Part shown: positions 25,373 through 37,029 of the stretch, one piece after another
Position numbering within the stretch: the stretch's first letter is position 1
Layout: every line of letters starts with the position of its first letter
Origin: an uncultured Actinomycetes bacterium
GTDB taxonomy: Bacteria; Actinomycetota; Thermoleophilia; Gaiellales; Gaiellaceae
Direction of reading: 5' to 3'
Assembly (NCBI GenBank): GCA_963848525.1
Contig: CAWKDZ010000001.1
Coordinates: forward strand, 374,060-438,059
Length of the DNA: 64,000 bases
The notes under the pieces: model-generated
Seen by the model: only the letters and a program-made list of their open reading frames with translations
Told to the model about the DNA's origin: nothing
Databases searched by the model: none
Translations under genes and position numbers: made by a program

Positions 25373-28300
25373 CGGGGGCCCGATTCGACCGCCTTTACCC
25401 GCGCAGCAGGTAGCTCGAACCCGAACCGGGAGCCCTCACCTTCGGCGGACTCGACCCAGATCCTGCCGCCCATCGCGTTCACGAGCCGCTGCGCGATGAA
25501 GAGGCCGAGACCGGTCCCGCCGCGCGCCTGATCCGCTCGATAGAACTTGCGGAAGATCCGCTCGCGCTCCGCTGCCGGGATGCCGGCCCCTTCGTCTCGC
25601 ACGTGCACCTCGACGGTGTCGCGCGTGCGCAGGGCCGACACGGTGACGCAGCCGCCGTTCGGCGAGAACTTGATCGCGTTCTCGAGCAGCTGCGCGAGCA
25701 CCTGGCGGACCTTGTCGGCGTCGGCCCGCGCCGCGAGTGGCTCAGCCGGTAGCTCCAGGACGAAGCGGTTCCCGTTCAAGCCGCCGTTATCCCGCGCGGT
25801 CGACACGACCTCGGTCACGAGGGAGCGTAGGTCGGTCTCGGAGACGGTGACGTCCAGGTCCCCCGCCTCGAGGCGGGCGACGTTCAGCAGCGCGTCGACG
25901 ATCCTGGTCAACCGCTCGGACTCGGTCGCGATGTAGCCGAGGAACACGCGCCGCTCCTCCTCGCCGAACGGCACGTCCTGGCGCAGCAACGTTTCCGCGA
26001 AGCCGTAGATCGACGTGAGCGGTCCTCGGAGCTCGTGCGAGACCGTCGAGACGAACTGCGACTTCAGCGCTTCCACGGAGCGGTCCTCGGAGATGTCCCT
26101 GAACGCGAAGATCCTGCCCGCGACCTGGCCGGCCGGGTCGCGCATGACCGCCTCGGTGACGGACAGCCAGATCTCGTCGCCGCCGCGGCGGATCGGCAGC
26201 TCGGCCGCACCGGCGAGCGAGCGTCCGAGGATCTGCTCGATCGTTCGTCCGAGCGCTTCGGCCGCCGGCACGCCCGTCGCCTGCTCGGCGGCCTTGTTCC
26301 AGAGCACGACCTCACCCTCCCGGTCGAGCGCGACGATCCCGTCCGCGATGTTCTCGAGGATGGCCGCGCTCCGCTCCTTCTCCAGCGCGACCCGCTGGTA
26401 GAGCTCGGCGTTCGAGAGCGCCGCCGAGGTGTTCGCCGCGAGCGCGAGCAGCGCTTCGACCTCCTCGGGCCGCCAGGCGCGGGCGCGGCGGCCGTAGACG
26501 GAGAGGACGCCGTGCAGCGCTCCTTCCGGCCCGACGAGCGGCACGCCGAGGTAGGCGGCGTAGCCCGCGGCGACGAGCGGGTCGGCCGCACCGAGGCCTT
26601 CGTCCAGCGACGCGTCCTCGACCGCGACCGGCTCGCGCGTCCGTGCCACCTCGCCGGCCAGCCAGCCCGAGGCCGGTGCCCGCTCGCCGATCGTCAGCTC
26701 GGTCCCCTCGCCTGCGACCGCCGCGACCATCAGCTCCTCTCCCTCGACGAGGCGAACCGCGCACGCGTCCGCCGCGAGCAGGACCGGCGCGAGCTCGACG
26801 ACCTCGTCGAGCACGGCAGCCGGGTCGAGCTCGGTGGCGAGCACGCTTCCGGTTCGAGCGAGCTGTTGCGCGAGCGCGCGGGACGTGCGCTCGGCCTCGT
26901 AGAGCTCGCTGCGCTCGAGCGCGACGCGCCCGGCGTGGGCGAGATGGTCGGCAAGCTCGAGGTCCTCGTCGCGTAGGACGCGGTCGTCCGTGAAGAAGAC
27001 GAGGACGAGACCCGCGGCGTCGGTTCGCGACTCGAGTGGGACGACGAGCACCGACCGGAAGCCACACTCGCCCGCGAGCGCCGGCCAGCGGCCCGAGAAG
27101 CGATCGTCGTCGGCGACGCGGCGCGAGGCGAGAACCTGCTGCTCCGCGACCGCCAGCGTCAACCCGTTCCCGTCCTCCGTGCCTTCTTCGAGTGCCTCGC
27201 GAAGGGACGCAGGCAGATCGTGCGCGCCGGCCAGCCGGAGCGTGCCGCCCTGCATCGTCAGCACCGCGGCGGAGGCCGCCGCGAGGGCCTCTTGCGCCGC
27301 CCGGGCGAGCGTGTCCAGCGTTGCGCTCAGGGAGACGGGCTCGACCAGGAGCGACGCGATCCGGTAGAGGGCGCGTTCACGCGCGAGCTGCTTCGCGTTC
27401 TCGGCGAGGAGCTCCGCCATGTGCAGCGCGACTCCGAGCTCGCGGGCGGCGGCTTCGACGAACGCGATCTCCCCGTCCTTCCAGCTGCCCGGCCTGTTCC
27501 GATGGGCAGCGAGGACTCCGATCACTTGCTCGTACGCAACGAGCGGCACCGCGAGAACGGCGCGCGAGCCGAGCTCCAGCAGCGCCTGCCGGCCGGTGAG
27601 CGAGGAATCGTCGAGCTCCGGCGCTGTTGCGATGTCGGCGATCGCGATCGTTCGCCCTTCCCGGACGGCGAGGTTCGAGACGGCTAGGCGCGCCGACCGG
27701 CCGCCGATCGCCTCTTCCTCGGGCCGGCGCCACTCGCCGGCGAGGACGAGCTCCCCCTCGGAACTCCCGAGTCGGACGAAACAGCGGTCGGCCTCGAGCA
27801 GCTGCCCGACGGCCTCCACTCCCTCCCGCACGACCTCGTCGACGTCGCGGTCCGCTCGCACGCGGGCCGCGAGCCGCGCAACCGTCGCGCGGTGGCCGGC
27901 GGGAGGCGTCGACCTCAGCCCCTCGACCAGCGGTGCGGCCTCGGCGGCGAGCGCCAGCAGCCGGGCGACTTCGTCGCCTGAGAACGCCCGCCGGCGACCG
28001 AGGGAGGCGAGGACGAGCACCGCCTGCACACGCTGCTCGGCGATCAGCGGCACGAACGCGAGGCTGCGGGCGCCGACACGCTCGACGAGGCGCTGGCTCA
28101 CCAGCGGCGACGCGGGCGCGTCGTAGACCGTGAGCGGGGCGGCGTCGTGGTACGCGCTCGTCACGCCCGACGGCTCGTGCTCGAGGTCGAGCCTGACGCT
28201 CGGAAACCACTCGAGCTCGCGCCCACGCTCCGTCGCGAGAATCCCGCGAGCGACTGTCCCCTCCTCCTCGACGACCGCGAGCGCCCCGAGCTCGACGTGA

Positions 28301-28698
28301 ATGAGCGCGGTGGCCTGGTCGATCAGTGCCCGGGCGGCGTCCTCGAGCGTGCGGGCCTCGTGCAGCCGGCGGCCGTCGTCCTCCGTGCGCGCCCGGTCCG
28401 ACTGCGCATGCTGGCGGTACCTGGCGAAGAAGGCGAGCGCCGGCAAGGCGGCGACGAGGACAGCGGCCAAGCCGAGCCAGCCGTTACCTCCCAGCGGCTC
28501 GCGGTCCCGGAGGATCAGCAGCGCGAAGACCACCGCGGCAGCCCCGCCGCAGGCGAAGCTGAGAGCGAGCGTCCGCTCGGGCTCGCGGCGGTCGCGTCGG
28601 AGGTCCGGCACGAGCGAAACCGCCGCAGCCAGGTAGATCACCCCCAGCGCGAGCAGGGGAATGACGTTCAGGTACAGGGCCTGCTGCTCGGACGTCAC
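25369..28698 (-). CDS. Membrane-anchored multi-GAF / PAS sensor histidine kinase
   Basis: 1109 aa. N-terminal TM helices are followed by several GAF-like modules and a PAS module (SAAILENIADGIVALDREGEVVLWNKAAE). HisKA is FVSTVSHELRGPLT. HATPase_c shows ...QLLENAIKFSP...VRDEGAGIP...GTGLGLFIAQRLV. Confidence 0.9.
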   Translation of the reverse strand: MTSEQQALYLNVIPLLALGVIYLAAAVSLVPDLRRDRREPERTLALSFACGGAAAVVFALLILRDREPLGGNGWLGLAAVLVAALPALAFFARYRQHAQSDRARTEDDGRRLHEARTLEDAARALIDQATALIHVELGALAVVEEEGTVARGILATERGRELEWFPSVRLDLEHEPSGVTSAYHDAAPLTVYDAPASPLVSQRLVERVGARSLAFVPLIAEQRVQAVLVLASLGRRRAFSGDEVARLLALAAEAAPLVEGLRSTPPAGHRATVARLAARVRADRDVDEVVREGVEAVGQLLEADRCFVRLGSSEGELVLAGEWRRPEEEAIGGRSARLAVSNLAVREGRTIAIADIATAPELDDSSLTGRQALLELGSRAVLAVPLVAYEQVIGVLAAHRNRPGSWKDGEIAFVEAAARELGVALHMAELLAENAKQLARERALYRIASLLVEPVSLSATLDTLARAAQEALAAASAAVLTMQGGTLRLAGAHDLPASLREALEEGTEDGNGLTLAVAEQQVLASRRVADDDRFSGRWPALAGECGFRSVLVVPLESRTDAAGLVLVFFTDDRVLRDEDLELADHLAHAGRVALERSELYEAERTSRALAQQLARTGSVLATELDPAAVLDEVVELAPVLLAADACAVRLVEGEELMVAAVAGEGTELTIGERAPASGWLAGEVARTREPVAVEDASLDEGLGAADPLVAAGYAAYLGVPLVGPEGALHGVLSVYGRRARAWRPEEVEALLALAANTSAALSNAELYQRVALEKERSAAILENIADGIVALDREGEVVLWNKAAEQATGVPAAEALGRTIEQILGRSLAGAAELPIRRGGDEIWLSVTEAVMRDPAGQVAGRIFAFRDISEDRSVEALKSQFVSTVSHELRGPLTSIYGFAETLLRQDVPFGEEERRVFLGYIATESERLTRIVDALLNVARLEAGDLDVTVSETDLRSLVTEVVSTARDNGGLNGNRFVLELPAEPLAARADADKVRQVLAQLLENAIKFSPNGGCVTVSALRTRDTVEVHVRDEGAGIPAAERERIFRKFYRADQARGGTGLGLFIAQRLVNAMGGRIWVESAEGEGSRFGFELPAARVKAVESGPR

Positions 28699-28882
28699 TG
28701 GCCGGGGTCAGATCATAGGGACGATTTGCAGCGAATTCCCCCGGCGGCGCGCGTTTTCCTCGCTTGAAAAGATAGGCCGAACGGCCCATTGTCCCGGCCC
28801 CGGCCGGGAAGTAGCTTGGTCGGCACTGGGCGATGCGAACCGCGGCCACCTGGCCTTGAGTCCGCGGTGAGCAATCTGAAGA

Positions 28883-28925
28883 GGCCGGCTGCACCGACCC
28901 CCCGAAGCAGCCGGCCTTTTCTTTG
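28883..28925 (+). terminator. Rho-independent terminator-like hairpin with a C-rich loop
   Basis: GGCCGGCTGC (28883-28892), loop ACCGACCCCCCGAA, GCAGCCGGCC (28907-28916), then TTTTCTTTG. This is a perfect 10-bp GC stem with a T-tract on the + strand only. No + strand CDS lies upstream. Confidence 0.6.
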
Positions 28926-28956
28926 GTCCAAAACAGGCCGTCGCTACGATCGTGTC

Positions 28957-29913
28957 GTGGTCAAGCGAGTGCTCCTGGCCTCGCCGCGCGGCTACTGCGC
29001 GGGCGTTGAACGGGCCGTCGACACGGTGGAGCTGGCGCTCGCCCACTACGGCGCGCCGGTGTACGTCCGCAAGCAGATCGTCCACAACGCGCACGTCGTC
29101 CGCGAGCTCGAGGAACGCGGTGCGGTGTTCGTCGAGAGCGAGGAGGAGGCGCCGGCCGGAGCGACGATCGTCTTTTCCGCCCACGGCGTGGCTCCGGCGG
29201 TGCACGCGAACGCGGCCGCGCGCGGGCTGAACACGATCGATGCGACCTGCCCGCTCGTGACCAAGGTGCACGTTCAGGCCCGGCGCTACGCGGCCGAGGG
29301 CTACACGGTGATCCTGATCGGGCACGCCGGCCACGAAGAGGTCGAGGGGACGATGGGCGAGGCGCCGGAGTCGACCGTCCTGATCGAGTCGGTCGACGAC
29401 GCGGAGGCGCTCGACTTTCCAGCCGACGCGAAGCTCGCCTACATCACGCAGACGACGCTTTCGGTCGACGAGACCGGCGAGATCATCAAGGTGCTGCGCC
29501 GGCGCTTCCCGCAGATCCACGCGCCGCGGCGCGAGGACATCTGCTACGCGACCTCGAACCGACAGTGGGCCGTGAAGGAGATGCTGGAGGAGATCGAGCT
29601 GTTGCTCGTGATCGGGTCGCGCAACTCCTCGAACTCCAACCGCCTCGTCGAGGTCGCGCGGGCCAACGGCGTCGCCGCCTACCTGATCGACGACGAGACC
29701 GACATCCGCGAGGAGTGGCTCGACGGCGTCGAGACCGCCGGGGTGACCTCCGGAGCTTCGGCGCCCGAGAAGCTCGTCGCGCGTGTCTGCGACTGGTTCC
29801 GCGCGCGCGGGGTAGAGGACGTCTCGCCGTACCGGCTGGTCGAAGAGGACGTCGAGTTCCGCCTCCCCGTTGAGCTTCGCCGCGAGCTCGCGCTCGCAGA
29901 GTCTCAGTCCTGA
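28957..29913 (+). CDS. ispH: 4-hydroxy-3-methylbut-2-enyl diphosphate reductase
   Basis: GTG 28957: VLLASPRGYCAGVERAV...VHN..VV..L...GA.FV...SAHGV...IDATCPLVTKVH...GHAGHEEV.GT...TQTTLS..ET..I...L...F....DICYAT.NRQ.AV...SNS.RL. Confidence 0.9.
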   Translation: MVKRVLLASPRGYCAGVERAVDTVELALAHYGAPVYVRKQIVHNAHVVRELEERGAVFVESEEEAPAGATIVFSAHGVAPAVHANAAARGLNTIDATCPLVTKVHVQARRYAAEGYTVILIGHAGHEEVEGTMGEAPESTVLIESVDDAEALDFPADAKLAYITQTTLSVDETGEIIKVLRRRFPQIHAPRREDICYATSNRQWAVKEMLEEIELLLVIGSRNSSNSNRLVEVARANGVAAYLIDDETDIREEWLDGVETAGVTSGASAPEKLVARVCDWFRARGVEDVSPYRLVEEDVEFRLPVELRRELALAESQS

Positions 29914-30044
29914 TCCGCGTCGCCGCGATCCTGGGCGCGATCGCGCTCGCGTTCGTCGCTGCCGCCGGCGGCTATCTCCTGCGCGACTCGCAGGACCTGA
30001 CGCAAGAGTGGTCGCACTGCGTCGACGCCCGCGCCGGGTACGAC

Positions 30045-30881
30045 GTGCAGTATCCGGGCGACTGGTACACGGCGCGCGGCGAGGTCGCCTGCCGCTTCTT
30101 CGACCCAGAGCCGTTCACCGTCCCCGCGAACTCGGACTTCGGCGGCACGGCGATGCAGGCCGACGTCGTGCAGCAGTCGTTCGACGACGCGCTCGCAGGG
30201 CTGATCGACCGGCGCTTCTACGAGACCGAGGCCCGCGAGCAGGTGACGATCGGCGGCAAGCGTGCGTTCCGGCTCGAGCTCGTCGCGACCGGCCAGGGGC
30301 TGGAGGAGCGCGGGACGCGCACGTACGGGTACCTGATCCGGCGCGCGGGCGGGCCGCCGATCTACCTGCAGACGACCGCGCGTCGGGGCGAGGACCTCGT
30401 CCATGCCGACGTCGTGGACCACGCCGCGCAGACGCTGGCGACGTTCGTCGCGATCGACGACCCGGCCGAGGTGAGCGAGCCCGGCCTGCCCGACGCCGTG
30501 CGCGCCAAGCGGGACGAGATCCTGCGCGCGGCAGAGTCGGGCGACGCCGACGCCGTTGCCGCGCTGGCGGATCCGGCCGGCTTCGAGTACACGTTCGGCG
30601 GGCCTGTGCCCGGCGGGCCGGCGGCGTACTGGCGTCAGATCGAGGAGGAAGAGCAGCCGCTCGAGGCGCTCACGCAGATCCTGCGCATGCCGTACACGCT
30701 CTCTCGCGGCATGTACGTCTGGCCGTTCGCGTACGACAAGACCGAGGACGAGCTGACCGACTACGAGCGCGAGCTCCTGGCGCCGCTCGGCGAGGGCGGG
30801 GCGTTCGCGGACGGCTACCTCGGCTGGCGCGCGGGGATCACGCCCGACGGCCGCTGGCAGTTCTTCGTCGCGGGGGACTAG
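30045..30881 (+). CDS. Hypothetical protein (probably N-terminally membrane-anchored; true start likely upstream)
   Basis: Track ORF of 278 aa from GTG 30045. The same frame is open from 29874 and encodes a clean TM anchor (IRVAAILGAIALAFVAAAGGYLL) with no ATG/GTG/TTG available. Confidence 0.55.
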   Translation: MQYPGDWYTARGEVACRFFDPEPFTVPANSDFGGTAMQADVVQQSFDDALAGLIDRRFYETEAREQVTIGGKRAFRLELVATGQGLEERGTRTYGYLIRRAGGPPIYLQTTARRGEDLVHADVVDHAAQTLATFVAIDDPAEVSEPGLPDAVRAKRDEILRAAESGDADAVAALADPAGFEYTFGGPVPGGPAAYWRQIEEEEQPLEALTQILRMPYTLSRGMYVWPFAYDKTEDELTDYERELLAPLGEGGAFADGYLGWRAGITPDGRWQFFVAGD

Positions 30882-31432
30882 GAGGGTTCGGCGTAGCGGA
30901 AGCAGTCGACCGTGTGGTCGTTGACGAGGCCGGCTGACTGCATCAACGCGTAGCAGACGGTCGGGCCGACGAAACGGAAGCCGCGCCGCTTCAGCTCCTT
31001 ACTCATCGCCTTGGACTCGGACGTCTCCGCCGGAACGTCGGCGAGCTTCCGCCAGCGGTTCACCTTCGGCTCGCCGTCGACGAACGACCAGAGGAGCTCC
31101 GACAGCGACGTGTCGAGCTCGCGGATCCGCTGCGCGTTGTTCACGGTCGACTCGACCTTGAGCCGATTGCGCACGATCCCCGGGTCCGCGAGCAGACGCT
31201 CGACCCGCTTCGGCGTGTAGCGCGCGACCTTCGCGGCGTCGAACCCGTCGAACGCGCGCCGGTAGCCCTCGCGCTTGCGGAGGATCGTGAGCCACGAGAG
31301 ACCCGCCTGCGCGCCCTCGAGCGTGAGCAGCTCGAAGAGCTCCCGGTCGTCGCGGGTCGGCACGCCCCACTCCTCGTCGTGGTACGCGACGTACTCGGGG
31401 ACGTTCGCCGGAACCCAGCCGCAGCGCTTCAT
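30878..31432 (-). CDS. tag: DNA-3-methyladenine glycosylase I
   Basis: 184 aa: CGW....P.Y..YHD.EWG.P..DD..LFE.L.LEG.QAGLSW.TIL.KR..YR.AF..FD........VE.LL.D..I.RN..K......NA...GPT..Y..MQ..G.VNDH...C. Confidence 0.9.
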   Translation of the reverse strand: MKRCGWVPANVPEYVAYHDEEWGVPTRDDRELFELLTLEGAQAGLSWLTILRKREGYRRAFDGFDAAKVARYTPKRVERLLADPGIVRNRLKVESTVNNAQRIRELDTSLSELLWSFVDGEPKVNRWRKLADVPAETSESKAMSKELKRRGFRFVGPTVCYALMQSAGLVNDHTVDCFRYAEPS

Positions 31433-31907
31433 CCGGTCTCGTACGCGACGTACGCGTCGGTCGCGAGTTGCGCGCCGTCGCGGCTCCAGACGTAGCTCCT
31501 GCCGTCCCAGCCGATCGCGGCAACGGCGCGCCCCTCGCCCGCGAACCAGAGGCCCCGCGAGAACGAGCCGGCCGGCACTGCGAACGAGCGCACGAGCCTG
31601 TCGCCGTCCCAGAGCTCGACCGCGGCTCGAGCGCGCTCGAATCCGGGGACGTACGAGACGGCAACCGCGACGAGACCGTCGGGAGCGGCGGCCACCTTGG
31701 AAACCGCCAGCGACGACGGCTCGGTGCCGGGGAACGCCTTCCTGAGCTCGACGGGCTCGATCGACGTGCCGCCGCGGGAGCTCGCGAGGTCGATCAGTAG
31801 CCGGTCATCTGTCGCGGGCGGTTGCGACGGTCCGTCGCTCCGGACGGCGTCGAAGCCGGCGACGACGGCGAGCCCGGCGAGCGCCACGACCACGAGGCGG
31901 TTCCGGA

Positions 31908-31911
<4 letters not shown>
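31429..31911 (-). CDS. Hypothetical membrane-anchored/secreted protein
   Basis: GTG 31911 overlaps the ileS stop (GTGA). The protein is VIRNRLVVVALAGLAVVAGFDAV... followed by a ~135-aa soluble part. The rest of ORF 31429..32622 is antisense-of-ileS noise. Confidence 0.6.
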
Positions 31912-34979
<3,068 letters not shown>

Positions 34980-34985
34980 GGTTCG

Positions 34986-34991
34986 ATTGTA
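34986..34991 (-). promoter_or_regulatory. Possible -10 box (TACAAT) positioned for a leaderless ileS transcript
   Basis: The minus strand reads ...CCCTCCTACAATCGAACCATG. TACAAT ends 6 nt before the A of the ATG, and no Shine-Dalgarno sequence is present. Confidence 0.35.
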
Positions 34992-35235
34992 GGAGGGCTC
35001 GTCGGGACGTCGCTCGTCGCCGGGGTGCGATGGTCGCGCCGAGGCAAGGACGCAGGGAGCGCTCGTATCCGCAGTGATACGAGCGTGACTGAGGACGCCG
35101 CCCTCGGTGCGAGCAGCGCGGCCCGGCGGCACAGGCTACGTTTCGACGAGCCCTCCGATCGAGGGCGACTGTGGGAAGAACTGACGCTCGGGCGTCGTTG
35201 ACATCTCACGTACGACCAAGGGAGAAAGGAACCAG

Positions 35236-35553
35236 TTGACCAACGTGACCACGGACACCTTCGAGCAGGAGGTCCTGAAGAGCGATCAGCCCGTGATCGT
35301 CGATTTCTGGGCGGAGTGGTGCGGCCCGTGCCATGCCGTCGCCCCGGTTCTCGACAAGATCGCGGACGAGCGCAAGGACGAGCTCAAGGTCGTGAAGCTG
35401 AACATCGACGAGGAGCAGGAGATCGCCCAGCGGTACGGGATCGTCTCGATCCCGACGATCGTGCTGTTCAAGGGCGGCGAACCGGCCGCCGCGGCGATCG
35501 GCGCGCAGCCGAAGAGCGCGCTCGAGCGCTCGCTGGGACTCGTCGAGGCGTAG
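35236..35553 (+). CDS. trxA: Thioredoxin
   Basis: TTG 35236 follows AAGGGAGAAAGGA. The 105-aa protein has VDFWAEWCGPCHAVAPVL...KLNIDE......YGI.SIPT...FKGG. Confidence 0.9.
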   Translation: MTNVTTDTFEQEVLKSDQPVIVDFWAEWCGPCHAVAPVLDKIADERKDELKVVKLNIDEEQEIAQRYGIVSIPTIVLFKGGEPAAAAIGAQPKSALERSLGLVEA

Positions 35554-35568
35554 TCGAGGCCGAGGGGG

Positions 35569-36120
35569 CTAACCCCCCTCGGCCTCTTTCTTTTCAGGCG
35601 TCGGGACGGGCGCCGCGGCCTTGCGCGTCGGCTCGCCCACGAGGTTGAGGACGCGCATGCCGTGGACGAAGACGACGCTGCCGCCGATCCAGCCGCCGAA
35701 CACCAGCAAGAGGTACGCGACGACGGTGAGCACGAACGGCCCGGGCTCGATGTTGCCGGCGTCGAACGACTCCTTGCCCGCGATCGCCGTCGCGAGGAAG
35801 ACTGCGCTCGCGAGCAGCTGAGCGACCATGTGCACGGTGGCCGTTCGCCACAGTGGCGTCCTGGTCTCGATCCGGAGCCAGTCGGCGAAGCCGGTCACGG
35901 CCGTCGGGATCGTCGCGAGCAGCCCGAAGACGATCGCGAGCCACCAGCCGTGCGTGGCCGCATTCGTGCTGATCTCGAGCACGTCGGCCAGCGCGGCGAC
36001 GAGCGCGAACGTGTAGGCGCCGATCGTGACGCCGGTCAGCGGCGGGTGCAGAGGGTGCCCTGGCAGCCCGTGCCAGAGGTAGTCGAGCTCGAAGCCGGCG
36101 TGGTCCCGGCGTTCGGTCAC
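35569..36120 (-). CDS. DUF2231-like membrane protein
   Basis: GTG 36120 overlaps the upstream stop (GTGA). The protein reads ...GHPLHPPLTGVTIGAYTFA... with 4 TM helices, the pattern of the DUF2231 family. Confidence 0.65.
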   Translation of the reverse strand: MTERRDHAGFELDYLWHGLPGHPLHPPLTGVTIGAYTFALVAALADVLEISTNAATHGWWLAIVFGLLATIPTAVTGFADWLRIETRTPLWRTATVHMVAQLLASAVFLATAIAGKESFDAGNIEPGPFVLTVVAYLLLVFGGWIGGSVVFVHGMRVLNLVGEPTRKAAAPVPTPEKKEAEGG

Positions 36121-36728
36121 GTGCGGGCTTGCGCGAACCGCTCGACGCCGTCGAGCAGCGTCCAGTTGCCGCGCAACGCCGCCTCCGCGGCGGCGACGAT
36201 CCGGTCGGCGTCGTCGGCCGGGGCCAGCTCGAGCACGCGGCGCGAGCGCTCGGCGTGCTCGTGGTCGCGCTCGGAGTGCACCTCGAAGTAGCGCGTCCCC
36301 TTCGTCCCCGGCTCGAAGCCGTACCAGCGCACGAGCCCGTCGAGCTTCGTCCGCGAGATCTCCGGCTGCGCGGATTCCACCGCGAACAGCGCTGCGGCTC
36401 CCTCGACGCCGGACCCGCTCCACGCCTTCGCGCACTCCGTCGTCTCCGCGCTAGGCCCGCGCCCGAGGTCCGCGTCGAGCGCGGCGGCGAAGTCGTCCCA
36501 GAGCGAGACGTGGGCGGCTTCCTCCGCGGCGTGCTCCGCGTCGGAGGCGGTGCCGGCGAGGCGAGCGAGCGCGTCGACGGCGTGGCGGTACTCGCCGGCG
36601 TAGTAGGCGAGCTCGTCGCGGCTGAGCTCACCGCACTCCCACCGGCGGTAGAAGGGATGGCGCAAGACGTTCCAGCGGTCGGCGACCGCCTCCAGACGCT
36701 CGAACAGGTTCACCGCGGCTCCTTTCAC
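36117..36728 (-). CDS. Heme-oxygenase-like fold protein (TenA/PqqC/CADD-type iron-dependent redox enzyme family)
   Basis: 203 aa: ...LRHPFYRRWECGELSRDELAYYAGEYRHAV.AL...H...EH..LW.DF.... Confidence 0.6.
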   Translation of the reverse strand: MKGAAVNLFERLEAVADRWNVLRHPFYRRWECGELSRDELAYYAGEYRHAVDALARLAGTASDAEHAAEEAAHVSLWDDFAAALDADLGRGPSAETTECAKAWSGSGVEGAAALFAVESAQPEISRTKLDGLVRWYGFEPGTKGTRYFEVHSERDHEHAERSRRVLELAPADDADRIVAAAEAALRGNWTLLDGVERFAQART

Positions 36729-36778
36729 GATCCGGTTCGAGAGATCGTAAGGACCGCGCCGGTTACGCGCTTATCTAG

Positions 36779-36864
36779 CTGCGCAAGTCGCGAATCCGCT
36801 CTCGCGGATCCGCGACGCGCAAGATCCCTGAAGGCGGCCGCCTCGCGGCCGCGATCGCAGGGAC
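36779..36864 (+). repeat. ~87-nt structured intergenic repeat, copy 2
   Basis: ctgcgcaagtcgcgaatccgctctcgcggatccgcgacgcgcaagatccctgaaggcggccgcctcgcggccgcgatcgcagggac has the same two hairpins as copy 1 (24826-24912) in the same orientation. Confidence 0.7.
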
Positions 36865-36882
36865 ATCCGCGGGCGCCGCCGG

Positions 36883-37029
36883 CTAGACGTCTTGGGTCTC
36901 GAGAAACGCGAGGAAGGCTGCGTGCTTCGCCAGGTAGGCCTCGATCTCGGCCACCCCGGCGCCCGCCCAGTCCTCGAGCCACGTCTCCGAGAGATCGTCT
37001 GAAATCGAGTGAAGGCCGCGTTCGCTCAT
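36883..37029 (-). CDS. Small hypothetical protein (48 aa)
   Basis: Internal ATG 37029 of ORF 36883..37065: MSERGLHSISDDLSETWLEDWAGAGVAEIEAYLAKHAAFLAFLETQDV. The composition is protein-like and no family is recognised. Its ATG overlaps a divergent ATG (CATG). Confidence 0.35.
   Translation of the reverse strand: MSERGLHSISDDLSETWLEDWAGAGVAEIEAYLAKHAAFLAFLETQDV

Noticed and set aside
34980-35235. T-box riboswitch upstream of ileS, as known for actinobacterial ileS genes
   Set aside because: On the ileS (minus) strand I could not find the conserved T-box sequence (..GGGTGGTACCGCG..), a specifier-loop context, or an SD-sequestering helix. The ATG is preceded by TACAAT with no RBS, which fits a leaderless transcript better. 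A GGGTGCGATGGTCGCG-like string exists, but only on the wrong strand.
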